A stretch of 64,000 nt of DNA from an uncultured delta proteobacterium (GCA_963729715.1 CAVSPA010000003.1:224001-288000); one strand, 5' to 3'. Shown: positions 48,047 through 58,506, numbered from the stretch's first letter. The notes: generated by a model not told the origin, from the letters alone. A program made the numbers and translations.

Positions 48047-48826
48047 TCATCGAAGACAATCGAGGATGGCATCCTTTGTCTTTGTCATATCGGCAAGCTT
48101 GACCTCTAGGGTCATCGTTGACTTGTAGCCTTTCTCCGCGAGGAGACTGAATATCCGCCGGTAGTCCACGATGCCCTCTCCGAGGGGCAGATGGATGTCA
48201 TCCTTTGGCGATTTTCCGCCGCGGTTGTCATGCACATGCACATGCTCTATCCGGGGGAAACAGTTTTCGATGAAACCGAAAGATGTGTTCTCCCTGGAGA
48301 GGAGCTGGCCGTGGCCTATATCCAAGGTCATTTTCAAGTCGGGAACATTATCAAACATAGGCATGAAATGATAATATCGTTCACTCAGGTTTTCAATGCA
48401 TAAAACTATGCCCGCGTTCCTGGCAGATGCGACCATCTCCGACGCCAACTCGATCTTGCGTGCGGCCGCTTCATGCGGAACATACCTTTCGTCCATCCAG
48501 AAATGGAATGTTCCCTTCGCGATGCCAAGCGCTCCTGAAAGTTCGAAGAGTCTCTTCATGCGGGGGACGAATCGCTCCTCAAGAATCTTCGTATCAAAGG
48601 TGTTATCTTCATTGGGATAGTGGGCAAGATACGTGATACCATAAAGGCTCTTCAGTCTTAGAAGCTCGTCGAGTTCACGCTCGACATCTTCCGGGACATA
48701 AAGCGAAATCTCGGTGAAAGGATATCCGAGTTTTCCGACTTCGTGAATCTGCCCTATCGAGTGGGCTCTCCCGCCGATGATGAACATTCTGTATTCCCTG
48801 ATGCCTTCGTTTAGGGATTTAAGCAT
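48047..48826 (-). CDS. Sugar phosphate isomerase/epimerase (xylose-isomerase-like TIM barrel)
   Basis: IENL, LDIGH, HVHDN, HLPLGEG and TLEV motifs. The start may be MFIIGG. Confidence 0.85.
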   Translation of the reverse strand: MLKSLNEGIREYRMFIIGGRAHSIGQIHEVGKLGYPFTEISLYVPEDVERELDELLRLKSLYGITYLAHYPNEDNTFDTKILEERFVPRMKRLFELSGALGIAKGTFHFWMDERYVPHEAAARKIELASEMVASARNAGIVLCIENLSERYYHFMPMFDNVPDLKMTLDIGHGQLLSRENTSFGFIENCFPRIEHVHVHDNRGGKSPKDDIHLPLGEGIVDYRRIFSLLAEKGYKSTMTLEVKLADMTKTKDAILDCLR

Positions 48827-49027
48827 AGACCGGTCTTACCTGCAGGGCAAGGTGAGGTTTGCTTCCTCCGGCCGTTTCATGACCATAGATATATCAAACC
48901 TGATGAGAAAACGCATATCTATTATTATCGACTATCACAGGCGAACTACATCAGGGGCCGCTATCAATTGTTTAAGCATAGAGTATTCGGACGATTTTAG
49001 GACGTCACGCTCATAGGACGAATTAGC

Positions 49028-49055
49028 TTGACTTCCTCCAGATTGAGAGTATTCT
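49028..49055 (+). promoter_or_regulatory. Sigma-70-like promoter
   Basis: TTGACT-N16-TATTCT. Confidence 0.45.
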
Positions 49056-49134
49056 AAGATTAAAACCATGTAATAGACATCACTGAAAAAGCTGATGAGC
49101 CCTCTTCCCGAGTAGGGAAACAAAGAAACTATTG

Positions 49135-49176
49135 AAGCCCTGTCCATTACAGTGACACAGGGCTTTTTGTTTTTTT
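49135..49176 (+). terminator. Intrinsic terminator in the leader of the 49236 gene
   Basis: AAGCCCTGT...ACAGGGCTT followed by TTTGTTTTTTT. Confidence 0.75.
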
Positions 49177-49235
49177 AGGACGGAAAAGAATCCGGGGCAT
49201 TAATTAGATGATATTTAACGCAAGGAGGTTGCAAG

Positions 49236-49544
49236 GTGAATATACACCTGATCGAACATTTAAATAATTTTGCCAAGCTGTCGGATAATGTATGGGAAAG
49301 CGGCTGGTGGACACTGGATGAAAATAAAGCTCAAAAACTGGTTGGCGGTGAGATTTTTTTTCATAAGAAGAAACAAGAGCCTTCCTTTTACGGCGGAACC
49401 ATACTTGGGTATAGAGTGGAGCCGGATGGCGAGTATCAGGGGAAAATTATTTTCAAGCTCCAGCATAAAAAATCATGCAGGGATGTCAGGACAGACAAAT
49501 CCGGATGGTCTAAGGAAATGAAGATAATAGGGATGGAACAGTGA
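49236..49544 (+). CDS. Hypothetical protein
   Basis: AAGGAGG RBS before GTG; 102 aa. Confidence 0.7.
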   Translation: MNIHLIEHLNNFAKLSDNVWESGWWTLDENKAQKLVGGEIFFHKKKQEPSFYGGTILGYRVEPDGEYQGKIIFKLQHKKSCRDVRTDKSGWSKEMKIIGMEQ

Positions 49545-49563
49545 GTCGAAAAGGATAAAGACC

Positions 49564-49944
49564 ATGACCGAAGACTTGATGGACTATTGGGTGAGGCTGA
49601 TAAAGCCGATTTTCCCGACGAATGCTTGGATTGTTCCACATTTCGCCGACAACGATCACATTATACAAATTGATTGGAACCTCGACAACAATACAAAGCA
49701 GTCAAACAAGCGCTCTAAGAAAATTGAGATAATAATCAAAGAGGATGCAATTGACCTGTATCTCGACAAAAACAAGCAGGATCGTGAATTATATGGTGAC
49801 GCACTAAAGCTGTTTATCGGCGAGCGGTATAACCATTTTAATCCTGATAACGAGGCTCTCACGAACAGATCTGTACGCACAGAAAAATGGTTAGTCTCAA
49901 AGGCTATCCTTAATACATTGACCCCTTCACATAGCTTGATGTAA
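49564..49944 (+). CDS. Hypothetical protein
   Basis: AAGGA RBS; 126 aa; co-oriented with the previous gene. Confidence 0.65.
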   Translation: MTEDLMDYWVRLIKPIFPTNAWIVPHFADNDHIIQIDWNLDNNTKQSNKRSKKIEIIIKEDAIDLYLDKNKQDRELYGDALKLFIGERYNHFNPDNEALTNRSVRTEKWLVSKAILNTLTPSHSLM

Positions 49945-50005
49945 CTTTTAAAAATATAGTTCTGCGGTCAACACAACCCATCTTCCGTAATTTCCACTTT
50001 TCCAA

Positions 50006-50083
50006 TGTCATTCCCGCCCCCGATAAGAACATTCGAGGGCAGGCTCCCACTGGAATCCATCCACCTCCTGTCATTCCCGCGGA
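50006..50083. repeat. Two TGTCATTCCCGC-type palindromic repeat units, the second split by the IS
   Basis: TGTCATTCCCGC at 50006 and 50069. The remainder GCAGGCAGGAATCCAG lies at 51831. Confidence 0.65.
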
Positions 50084-51830
50084 GAGACTGTGTCGTAATA
50101 GGTTAGTGACTTTGTAGCATAAGCGCTCTTTGACAAAAGAATATTAGGAACTCGTCACGATATTCAACCTGATAATATTTAAGACACCTGTCAGCACACA
50201 TTCAAATGGATATTCTGTCGGGGCAGACGCACACGCTGATTTCTCTGCTACATTGCGCTGTGGCCGTAATCATACTCAAGGCTGCCAGCTTTTCTCTCAT
50301 TACTCCAACGCCAAAGATCGTAATCATGCGTGCAACATTGAAGCAGGTTGCCAACAGTGAGGTCTCGGCTTGCACTCCATCTCGCCCGCGCAACAGAAAG
50401 GCATCGGTTTTTAGATTCCGCTTAATGTGCCCAAAAGGATGTTCCACCCTGGTTTTCCTTCTGGCGTAAATCTTCTGAGAGGCTGCCTCCTGATATTGCA
50501 CCTCCAGTTTCTGCTTTACCTCCTCACTACGCAGCCGTACAATCCTGCGCCCTCTCTTTGACTTGGTACACTGGCCGTAATGCTTGCAGTTATAACACTG
50601 CTGCTTGTCCGCTATCAGATAATTCCGTTTGCCTTTCCTTTTATTCGTGCCTTGATAACGCAACCGCTGTCCTTCAGGACAAAGGTAGCAGTCCTGCTCC
50701 TTGTCATAGGTAAAATGGCTCTTGCTGAAAGCGCCCTCTTCCTCGTGCAGCGCCTGTCGCTGAGATGGAACAATCACCTTTATCCCTTGTCCGTCAATCT
50801 TCTCAAGTTCGTCGGTGTTGGCATATCCGGCATCGGCGCAGGCTGCATCGCAGGGATTCTTAAACAGCCCGTTTGTCCGCTCAATCTGTCTGGTGAACTG
50901 ATTCATATCGCTGTTTTCGCTGACTGCCTCGGCTTGCACGATCAGCCCATGTTCATCATCCACCACACTCTGTACATTATAGCTGGCATGACTGCCATGA
51001 ACACTCCTCATGATCGCACAGTCAGGATCGGTTTGATTGACCACCTTCCGGTCATTCGCCTGAAAGGTGTCCAGCACCTCTTTAATTCTGCCTTTTAAAT
51101 CATGAGCCTTGGCAAGCTCCTTGTCCATGGCCACATAAGAGCCTGACCCTTCCTCCTGCCGGTCTACGGACTCGCAATCCTCAAGTAACTGCTCAATCCG
51201 ACAGTCTATATCGACCAAAAGCTTTTCATAATAAGCCCGGTTATGGGTCCGGTCACGTGATGCATTAGCACGGATCTTCGTACCGTCAACAAATAAGATA
51301 TTACCCGCGATCAGTTCCAGTTTGATGCATACCTGGGCACAGTGTCGTAAAACCTTTTTCAACGCTTTCTTGTTCCGGCGCCGGAACTCCGCTATCGTCT
51401 TATGGTCAGGTTTCAAACCGCCCATGAGCCAGATAAAGGCTATGTTATGGTAACACTCCCTCTCCAGCTTACGGGAACTCTTCACGCCGTACGAATAGCC
51501 ATATACAAGCAGCTTGAGCATTGACCGGGGATCGTATTCGGCATTGCCTACCTTGTACGGATTGATATTGATTCCCGGTTCATGGAAATCAACAGCTTCG
51601 ACAAAGGCGTCATAGGCCCTGACAGGATCATCCTCAGCCACATATTCTTCAATGCTCTGGGGAAGTAAACTCATCTGCTGACGATCGCCACTTCGATATG
51701 CCATGCTGTTTCTCCTTTCGGAAAAACTCTATCATATCAATGTGGCTTGTGTTACAGCTTTTTCTCCTAAACCTAATATCTTTTTGTCAAAGAGCTTGAT
51801 TATGCATTTACCTAATTACGACACAGTCTC
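50084..51830 (-). mobile_element. IS1182-family insertion sequence (1747 bp)
   Basis: 16-bp perfect terminal IR GAGACTGTGTCGTAAT, plus a subterminal GCTCTTTGACAAAA at both ends. Confidence 0.92.
50202..51704 (-). CDS. IS1182-family DDE transposase
   Basis: SSRKLE, PDHKTIAEFR, VDGTKIRANAS, TDPD, ADAGY and VEHPFG motifs. Confidence 0.95.
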   Translation of the reverse strand: MAYRSGDRQQMSLLPQSIEEYVAEDDPVRAYDAFVEAVDFHEPGININPYKVGNAEYDPRSMLKLLVYGYSYGVKSSRKLERECYHNIAFIWLMGGLKPDHKTIAEFRRRNKKALKKVLRHCAQVCIKLELIAGNILFVDGTKIRANASRDRTHNRAYYEKLLVDIDCRIEQLLEDCESVDRQEEGSGSYVAMDKELAKAHDLKGRIKEVLDTFQANDRKVVNQTDPDCAIMRSVHGSHASYNVQSVVDDEHGLIVQAEAVSENSDMNQFTRQIERTNGLFKNPCDAACADAGYANTDELEKIDGQGIKVIVPSQRQALHEEEGAFSKSHFTYDKEQDCYLCPEGQRLRYQGTNKRKGKRNYLIADKQQCYNCKHYGQCTKSKRGRRIVRLRSEEVKQKLEVQYQEAASQKIYARRKTRVEHPFGHIKRNLKTDAFLLRGRDGVQAETSLLATCFNVARMITIFGVGVMREKLAALSMITATAQCSREISVCVCPDRISI

Positions 51831-52119
51831 GCAGGCAGGAATCCAGTATTTGTTCTTTACTGTATCAGACTTAAATAATTGCCATTGTATTTATAATAAA
51901 ACTGATCTCATCTAAAATTTATAAAATATCTCCTGCACGCATACATTTAAATCTCTATTCTTTTCTCAATTCACATATAGCATTAGTGCTACCCTTCTCA
52001 ACCTCTCCGAGCCCGACGTCTCTCATGATGTTGTTCAATCCGAAACGATAGCCTGAGGCAATCACCAGGGAGCCCTTGGAAGCTGATCCCGATGAGGCCT
52101 TTAATATTGGAGATAGGGA

Positions 52120-52736
52120 TTGACGCACATGTTTTTAAAATGGCTCTTGAAAAGAGATATAAGCAGCACAAGCGGTGTGATCTTCACGAAAATCGAGCTG
52201 CCTGGACATGACATCGCTGTTCCGTTCATTTGCCGGAAATGCGGAATATGCTGCATGACTCACATCCCGAAGTTGGCGGCGAAAGATTTAATGAACATCT
52301 CCCGCTATTTGAAATGGTCACCGGCAGATTTGATTTACCATCACACAGAGGGTTACCTGAAAAGAATACGAGGCAAGCAGAGGCCTGCATATTCCTGAAC
52401 GAGCAAAAGCTCTGCAGAATTTATGACCACCTCCTCCGTCCTGCTGATTGTCGGCTCTATCCCTTTTCCTATGGCGGTGCTGACGCTGATTGTGTAGCAT
52501 ATCTCGAGCATGCTCGAGTCGTTAAAATTCTCCTCATGAATGAAAGGTCTTTTGAGATTTATGATGCGAGTTTCTGTCCCAACCCGGATGTCCGATTAAT
52601 CCCTTACTCGAAATGGCCGGAAATCCGTCGCACACTGAGACTGTCAAATGTGCCAAGAGAGATGATCAGAGCTCTTTTGATTCTGAAGGATGCGCCTCTC
52701 ATGTCCGTGATAACGTTCTTTCTACTGAACAGATGA
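52120..52736 (+). pseudogene. YkgJ/CxxCxxCC Zn/Fe-chelating protein, frameshifted near 52385
   Basis: CRKCGICC in one frame and CIFL...CRIY...RPADCRLYPF in the -1 frame. Confidence 0.7.
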
Positions 52737-52790
52737 AGTGTTAAAAGAAAAATCCCCTTCACTCCATTTGCTAAAGGGGAAATTGGCACA

Positions 52791-53516
52791 TTATGCATCG
52801 ACACCGAGGTAGGCTTCGCGGACGCGCGAGTCGCCGAGGAGTTCCTTGCCCGGGCCGGAAAGGATGATCCTTCCCGTTTCGAGCACGTAGGCGCGCGCAG
52901 CTATGGAGAGCGCCATGCGGGCGTTCTGTTCTACAAGGAGGATCGTAGTGCCCGCCCGGTTGATATCGCAGAGCACCTGAAAGATGTCGCGCACGAGCAT
53001 AGGCGCGAGGCCCATGCTGGGTTCGTCGAGAAGCATCACGCTGCTCCTGCTCATCAGCGCCCTTGCTACGGCAAGCATCTGCTGCTCACCGCCTGAAAGC
53101 GTGCCGCCCTGCTGATCCTTTCTTTTCTGAAGCTGTGGGAAGATGCCGAAGGCCCTCTCATAATCCTTCGCAATCTCTCCCTTGTCTTTTCTCTGCCAGG
53201 TTGCAAGCTTGAGGTTTTCCATAACCGTCAGGTTTCCGAAGATGCCGCGTCCTTCCGGCACCTGCGCCATGCCCATGGCTACTATCCGGTGGGCGGCAAC
53301 GCCGCGCAAATCCTCTTGCCTGTATCTTATCAGGCCGCTGTAAGGCACTATGCCGGATATGGCGCGGAGCGTGGACGACTTGCCTGCGCCGTTTGCGCCT
53401 ATCAAGGTGACGATCTCGCCCTCATTAACCTCTAAGGAAATATTATCCACAGCCTTTATGTTGCCGTAGGCGATGGTAAGATTCTCGATTGAGAGCATGA
53501 TTCCGTTTGCGCCCAT
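52791..53516 (-). CDS. livF: Branched-chain amino acid ABC ATPase
   Basis: GANGAGKSS, VPEGR, LSGGEQQM and DEPSMGL motifs. Confidence 0.9.
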   Translation of the reverse strand: MGANGIMLSIENLTIAYGNIKAVDNISLEVNEGEIVTLIGANGAGKSSTLRAISGIVPYSGLIRYRQEDLRGVAAHRIVAMGMAQVPEGRGIFGNLTVMENLKLATWQRKDKGEIAKDYERAFGIFPQLQKRKDQQGGTLSGGEQQMLAVARALMSRSSVMLLDEPSMGLAPMLVRDIFQVLCDINRAGTTILLVEQNARMALSIAARAYVLETGRIILSGPGKELLGDSRVREAYLGVDA

Positions 53517-54283
53517 CAGCACTTCACCTCGCCAAGATATACTTCCAGAACGCGCGGGTTTTTCTGAATATCGCGCGGCAGTCCCTCTGCAATAGTCTCA
53601 CCGAAATCGAGGACAAGAAGCCTTTCGCAGATATTCATCACCAAGTGCATCTTATGCTCGATGAGGAGAATGGTCAGGTTGAACTCCTTCCTGATCCATT
53701 TGATAAATTCCATGAGCTGTGAAACCTCGTTGGGATTCATGCCGGCGGCAGGTTCATCGAGGAGAAGTAGCTTTGGTCTTGTTGCCAATGCCCTCGCAAT
53801 CTCCAGCCTTCTCTGCAAACCATAGGGGAGGTTCTTCGAGACTTCATCCGCGTACGTGTCCAATTTCAGGAAGGCAAGGAGATCCATGGAATGGCCAATG
53901 ATCTCTTCTTCTTCTTTCTGGAAGCGGCCCATATGGAGCAATGCCTCGACGGGACTGTATCTCACCCGCGCGTAATGGGCGATGCGGACGTTATCGAGCA
54001 CGGAGAGTTCCTTGAAGAGGCGGATGTTCTGGAACGTGCGTGCGATGCCGAGGGCAGTGATCGCGCTCGATGTCCTGCCGATAATTTCCGTTCCGTCGAA
54101 TGAGATGCTGCCACGGGTCGCTTTGTAGACACCGGTAATCAGGTTGAAGATGGTTGTCTTCCCGGCGCCGTTAGGGCCGATGATACCCACGAGTTCGTAC
54201 GGCTCGAGGTTCAGGTTGAATCCGGAGACCGCTGCGAGCCCGTCAAAGTAGTGCGTAACATTCTCTGCTTTCAGGACGGACAT
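53516..54283 (-). CDS. livG: Branched-chain amino acid ABC ATPase
   Basis: GPNGAGKTT, RTFQNIRLF and DEPAAG motifs. Confidence 0.9.
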   Translation of the reverse strand: MSVLKAENVTHYFDGLAAVSGFNLNLEPYELVGIIGPNGAGKTTIFNLITGVYKATRGSISFDGTEIIGRTSSAITALGIARTFQNIRLFKELSVLDNVRIAHYARVRYSPVEALLHMGRFQKEEEEIIGHSMDLLAFLKLDTYADEVSKNLPYGLQRRLEIARALATRPKLLLLDEPAAGMNPNEVSQLMEFIKWIRKEFNLTILLIEHKMHLVMNICERLLVLDFGETIAEGLPRDIQKNPRVLEVYLGEVKC

Positions 54284-55299
54284 CAGGTACCTGCCTTCTT
54301 TTCACGCCAGAGCCTGCTGGCGAGCATGTCGCGCACGGGCACGAACCAGCGAAATTCCCGGAGTCCCATAATGCCCTTCGGCCGGAAGATCATCAGCAAT
54401 ACCAGCACGAGCGGCATGAAGACCATGCGCCAGATTCCCATGGGCCGCAGGACCTCGAGCAATACCGTGTACACCGTGGCGCCGATTACCGAGCCTGCAA
54501 TCGACCCTATGCCTCCGAGGTAAACCATTATCAGAATGTCCGTCGATTTGATTATATCAAAGGCGCGGGGGTTGATGAACTGGAGGAGATGAGCAAAGAG
54601 CCCGCCTGCAACGCCCGCAAAAAAAGAGGAAACTGTGAAGGCGAGGACCTTCACATGGTTGGTATTGACGCTCATCAGGTCGCTCGCGATTTCATCCTCC
54701 CGGATCGAAAGCACGCCCCTGCCGAAATTCGAGTATATAAGATTGCGTATGACCCACACGGAAATGAGAACCCAGAAGAATACCCAAGGGAGGGTGGAGA
54801 GCTTCTCCATGCCGAGAAAGCCGCGCGGCCCGCCCAGGGCATCTATATTTTCAATGACGGACTTGACGATCATGCCGAAGGCGAGTGTGACGATGGCAAG
54901 ATAGTCGCCTCTTGTCTTGAAGGATGGAAAGGCGACGACCAGGCCGACAACGCCTGCGACCATTCCGCCCGCGATGACAGCCAGGGGAAATAACCAGGCC
55001 GCCATATGTGCAGGAAAAACCTTTACGGTAAGAAAGGAAGCGACATACGCGCCGATGGCCATGAATCCCGCATGCCCCACGGAAAACTCTCCCATGTAGC
55101 CGTTTATAAGGTTGAGGCTCAATGTGAGGATGATATTGATGCCGACGTACATGATGATAAGCTGGACGTAGGGATCGAGAAGCTCGAACTGCTGGATGAC
55201 AAGGGAAAGCGCAAAGACGAAGATCAGCAGGGCCGGTAACAGCCAGCGCTTCGTCTCCAGCTTCTCTTTGAATTGTTTTATGCGTGATGTGTTTATCAT
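54283..55299 (-). CDS. livM: Branched-chain amino acid ABC permease
   Basis: GHAGFMAIGAY, RGDYLAIVTL motifs. Confidence 0.9.
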   Translation of the reverse strand: MINTSRIKQFKEKLETKRWLLPALLIFVFALSLVIQQFELLDPYVQLIIMYVGINIILTLSLNLINGYMGEFSVGHAGFMAIGAYVASFLTVKVFPAHMAAWLFPLAVIAGGMVAGVVGLVVAFPSFKTRGDYLAIVTLAFGMIVKSVIENIDALGGPRGFLGMEKLSTLPWVFFWVLISVWVIRNLIYSNFGRGVLSIREDEIASDLMSVNTNHVKVLAFTVSSFFAGVAGGLFAHLLQFINPRAFDIIKSTDILIMVYLGGIGSIAGSVIGATVYTVLLEVLRPMGIWRMVFMPLVLVLLMIFRPKGIMGLREFRWFVPVRDMLASRLWREKKAGT

Positions 55300-55330
55300 T
55301 TATTCGTTTTTGTCATTCCGATTCTCCCCA

Positions 55331-55421
55331 TGTCATTTCGACCACAGGGAGAAATCTTACAAGTATGTAGTGCAGACCTTCAGGTCTGCCGTGCCAGCAG
55401 GAATAAAGTACTGCACTACAT
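55331..55421. repeat. Half TGTCATTTCGA element plus a GTAG-type REP-like palindrome between livH and livM
   Basis: TGTCATTTCGACC...GAGAAATCT, then ATGTAGTGCAG (55365-55375) and CTGCACTACAT (55411-55421) with an inner GCAGACCT-TC-AGGTCTGC. Confidence 0.65.
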
Positions 55422-55433
55422 GTTCTCTCTTCC

Positions 55434-56309
55434 TCACACCTTCTGCGGGTGCGGTTTACCGAGCATGCCGTAGGGTCTGAATATCAGCAGCACCAATAAG
55501 AGCACAAAGGCGATAAAATCGCGATACGTGGAAGGCAAGAAGGCGACCACCATGATTTCCACGGTGCCAAGGATGTAGCCGCCGATCATGGCGCCGCGTA
55601 TATTGCCTATGCCGCCCACGACAGCCGCGATGAATGCCTTCCATCCCACCATGATCCCCATGTACGGATCGATTACCGGATACGCAAGACCGTACATCAC
55701 GCCCGCAGCGCCGCCGAGACTCGTGCCGATGGCAAAGGTCACAGATATAATCATGTCCACCGGTACACCGAGAAGAGGAGCGACCGTCTTGTCCCAGGAT
55801 ATCGCACGCATTGCCATACCCACCATGGTCCGCCTGACTATCAGATCGAGAATCCACATCAGGACCAGCGAAAGGATTATGACAAATACCTGCAAAGATG
55901 AGATGGATAGATCAAAGAATGTCCATGTCGTATTCTCGAGGAGTTGAGGAATCTGCTTGGGATACGGGTTCAAGGCGAGGGTAAAATTTTCCAGAAACAG
56001 GCCGACGCCGAGGGCCGTGATGATAGCGGAGACGCGCGGCGCCTGGCGGAGCGGCTTATAGGCGAAGCGTTCGATCACCACGCCGAGGAATGCAACGCCG
56101 GTCATGGAAAGGAGAAGTACCGGTACAAAGGGGAGATGAAACGATACAGCGGCAACGAAGCAGAAAAATGCGCCGACCATAAAGAGATCGCCATGAGCGA
56201 AGTTTATCATGGTGAGTATGCCGTACACCATGGTGTAGCCCAGGGCAATCAATGCATAAATGCTGCCGACTTGGAGCGCATTCAGTAGCTGCTGGAGGAC
56301 GTACGTCAT
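55434..56309 (-). CDS. livH: Branched-chain amino acid ABC permease
   Basis: YALIALGYTMVYG...INFAHG and KAFIAAVVGGIG motifs. Confidence 0.9.
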   Translation of the reverse strand: MTYVLQQLLNALQVGSIYALIALGYTMVYGILTMINFAHGDLFMVGAFFCFVAAVSFHLPFVPVLLLSMTGVAFLGVVIERFAYKPLRQAPRVSAIITALGVGLFLENFTLALNPYPKQIPQLLENTTWTFFDLSISSLQVFVIILSLVLMWILDLIVRRTMVGMAMRAISWDKTVAPLLGVPVDMIISVTFAIGTSLGGAAGVMYGLAYPVIDPYMGIMVGWKAFIAAVVGGIGNIRGAMIGGYILGTVEIMVVAFLPSTYRDFIAFVLLLVLLIFRPYGMLGKPHPQKV

Positions 56310-56358
56310 TCCGTTACACCTTGCTCTCCCATCGAGGGAGAGGAAAGGTTCTTAATCA

Positions 56359-57522
56359 TCATGGGTTCGCAGTTGCGAAATACACGAATTTTCCGCCCTT
56401 GATCTGCACGATCACGGCGCTCTTTGTGGGATCGCCGGAACCTTCCTTAAACTGCATATTCCCTGTGACGCCCTCGTACTTCGGGATTTTGGCGAGAGCA
56501 TCCCGGACTGAATCTCTGTCAAGCTTGGCGGCGGATTTGAGCGCCTGGAAGAGGAGGCCGAATGAATCGTAAGTAAGTGCCGCGACGTCGTCAGGCAATG
56601 TTCCGTACTTCGCTTTGAATCCCTCGATGAACTTCGTTGCCACGGGCGTCGCCGCGTCGGCGGCATAGTGGGTGCTGAAATAATATCCCTCGCAGTCGTT
56701 CCCGCAGAGTTTGTGCAGCTCCTGGGAGCCCCATGAATCGCTGCCCACAAAGGGCACGTTGATGCCCAGCCTCTTTGCCTGCTGGATCTGGAGCGGTATC
56801 TCGCTGTAGTAGTTCGGCAGGAACATCATGTCGGGCTGCGCCTTCTTGATCTTTGTGAGCTGTCCGGAGAAATCCTTGTCGTTCGTCGTATACGTCTCAA
56901 ACGCTACGACCTTGCCTCCGGATTGCTCGAAGGTGTCCTTGAATATCTCTGCGATGCCTTTGTTGTATTCAGAGGCGACGTCATAGAGGACGGCGGCTTT
57001 CTTTGCCTTGAGAGTCTCCAGCGCGAATTTCGCTACCACACGCCCCTGAAAGGGATCGATGAAGCAGGCGCGGAACACATATTTTTTGGGGACATTCGTC
57101 TTCGCGTCGAGGGTAGTCTTCGGATTTGTCGACCATGGTGTTATCATGACGACTTTAGAACTCTCTGCGATCTCCGAGGCGGGAAGCGCATAGCGCGTGG
57201 CGTTCGGGCCGATGATGGCGTGCACCTTCTGCTGCGTGATCAGCTTCTGGGCTGCGGAAGCGGACTGGTCTGGCTTTCCGGCATTGTCTTCGAGAAAAAG
57301 CTCCACCTTGTATTTCTGTCCTGCTACGTTTATCCCACCCGCGTCATTCACCTCCTTGACGGCCATCTCCGCGGCCTTTTTACACGACTCACCCACGGCA
57401 GGCATGTCGCCGGTCATCTCTGCATTTACGCCGATGCGGACAGTATTGCCTTTCTCGCCGCAGGCGACAAAGAACGCAATTACGACAACGCATAAGATAA
57501 ACAACAGGCCGAATTTTTTCAT
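56359..57522 (-). CDS. livK: Branched-chain amino acid ABC binding lipoprotein
   Basis: Lipobox FVAC; FRACFIDPFQG motif. Confidence 0.88.
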   Translation of the reverse strand: MKKFGLLFILCVVVIAFFVACGEKGNTVRIGVNAEMTGDMPAVGESCKKAAEMAVKEVNDAGGINVAGQKYKVELFLEDNAGKPDQSASAAQKLITQQKVHAIIGPNATRYALPASEIAESSKVVMITPWSTNPKTTLDAKTNVPKKYVFRACFIDPFQGRVVAKFALETLKAKKAAVLYDVASEYNKGIAEIFKDTFEQSGGKVVAFETYTTNDKDFSGQLTKIKKAQPDMMFLPNYYSEIPLQIQQAKRLGINVPFVGSDSWGSQELHKLCGNDCEGYYFSTHYAADAATPVATKFIEGFKAKYGTLPDDVAALTYDSFGLLFQALKSAAKLDRDSVRDALAKIPKYEGVTGNMQFKEGSGDPTKSAVIVQIKGGKFVYFATANP

Positions 57523-57565
57523 ACTACCCTCTGTATAATAAAATTACTTAAAGAAGCGATGCTCA

Positions 57566-57680
57566 GAATCCGGGAGCGAGCACATCCCGTAGCTTGCTGT
57601 GGGGTAAGCGAGCGAATGGGGAACATTGTTATTCCTTAAGGATCGAAGATTCTCCGCAGTTTACCGCAGAGAGCTTTAAT
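57566..57680. repeat. Dispersed MITE-like repeat, copy 2 (longer)
   Basis: Similar to 30551-30625, with an extra hairpin CCCGTAGCTTGCTGTGGG. Confidence 0.72.
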
Positions 57681-57826
57681 TGTTTATGGATATTTAATGT
57701 AACTCCCCGTCAGGTGCGGGAAGTATAGGAGATGAGGTCATGTAAGTCAATATAATTTGGCGGCGAAAAATTACCGGCACTACCGTGTATTCCTCGAAAG
57801 CGCAGGAAGATTTTTTGTACGCTCAT

Positions 57827-58444
57827 TCATGACCGCGATTTGACGGCCTGATAGACATCGCTGATAATCTGCCCCGACAAGCGCTCCAGAGATTCGCTCA
57901 ATCCTACGGCCAAACCCTCGGCGCTATTTTCCGTGCATGGCGCCGCACGGGAGTAACTTTTCTGGAAGACGACTTGTTTCGTGCTGTCCGTCTGATTCAG
58001 ATCCAGCAGCGTGACATAGATGGTAAGCAAGGCCTTGCGGCTGCCTTTTTGTTCGACGGCGAGGAATTCGGTGATGTTTCCTTCGAGGAGGAAGCGGACT
58101 AGGTCAGTATCCTGGTATGAAAATATACCCCGGAAGAGGTTGGTCTGCCTGAAATCGCGGACCAGGTAGTCGGCGACCATGTATCCCGGGTTTGCGCTCC
58201 AGCGGTCGTACGGAAACTTGTCGAGACCGATTGAACCGGTCCTGAATATCATGGAGTTGCTGTTGTAGAACTGGGCGACAGAAAATCGTTCCACCTTGAG
58301 AGACGCTGCGAGACGTACCGTATCCTTAACGGCAGGTGAGGCATAATCCAGCATGTAGTATTGTGTCCTGCTCGGCGGCTGCGCGCCCGTGCAGCCTGCC
58401 ATAACGAGAATCAGCACAGGAATAAATAGACCTTTTCTTATCAT
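57827..58444 (-). CDS. PqiC-like ABC auxiliary lipoprotein
   Basis: Lipobox MAGC; YYMLDY...RWSANP; position in an MCE operon. Confidence 0.82.
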   Translation of the reverse strand: MIRKGLFIPVLILVMAGCTGAQPPSRTQYYMLDYASPAVKDTVRLAASLKVERFSVAQFYNSNSMIFRTGSIGLDKFPYDRWSANPGYMVADYLVRDFRQTNLFRGIFSYQDTDLVRFLLEGNITEFLAVEQKGSRKALLTIYVTLLDLNQTDSTKQVVFQKSYSRAAPCTENSAEGLAVGLSESLERLSGQIISDVYQAVKSRS

Positions 58445-58506
58445 TCCGTCCTCCCATTCAAAGTGTAATCTGCCGGTTCAACGCATTTAACTGGCTGCGC
58501 GACCAT

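Noticed and set aside
49091..49122. CTGATGAG...GAAAC resembling a hammerhead ribozyme core or a fluoride riboswitch 3' end
   Set aside because: The stem II closing G-C pair and stems I/III were not found, and there is no matching fluoride 5' GATG segment.
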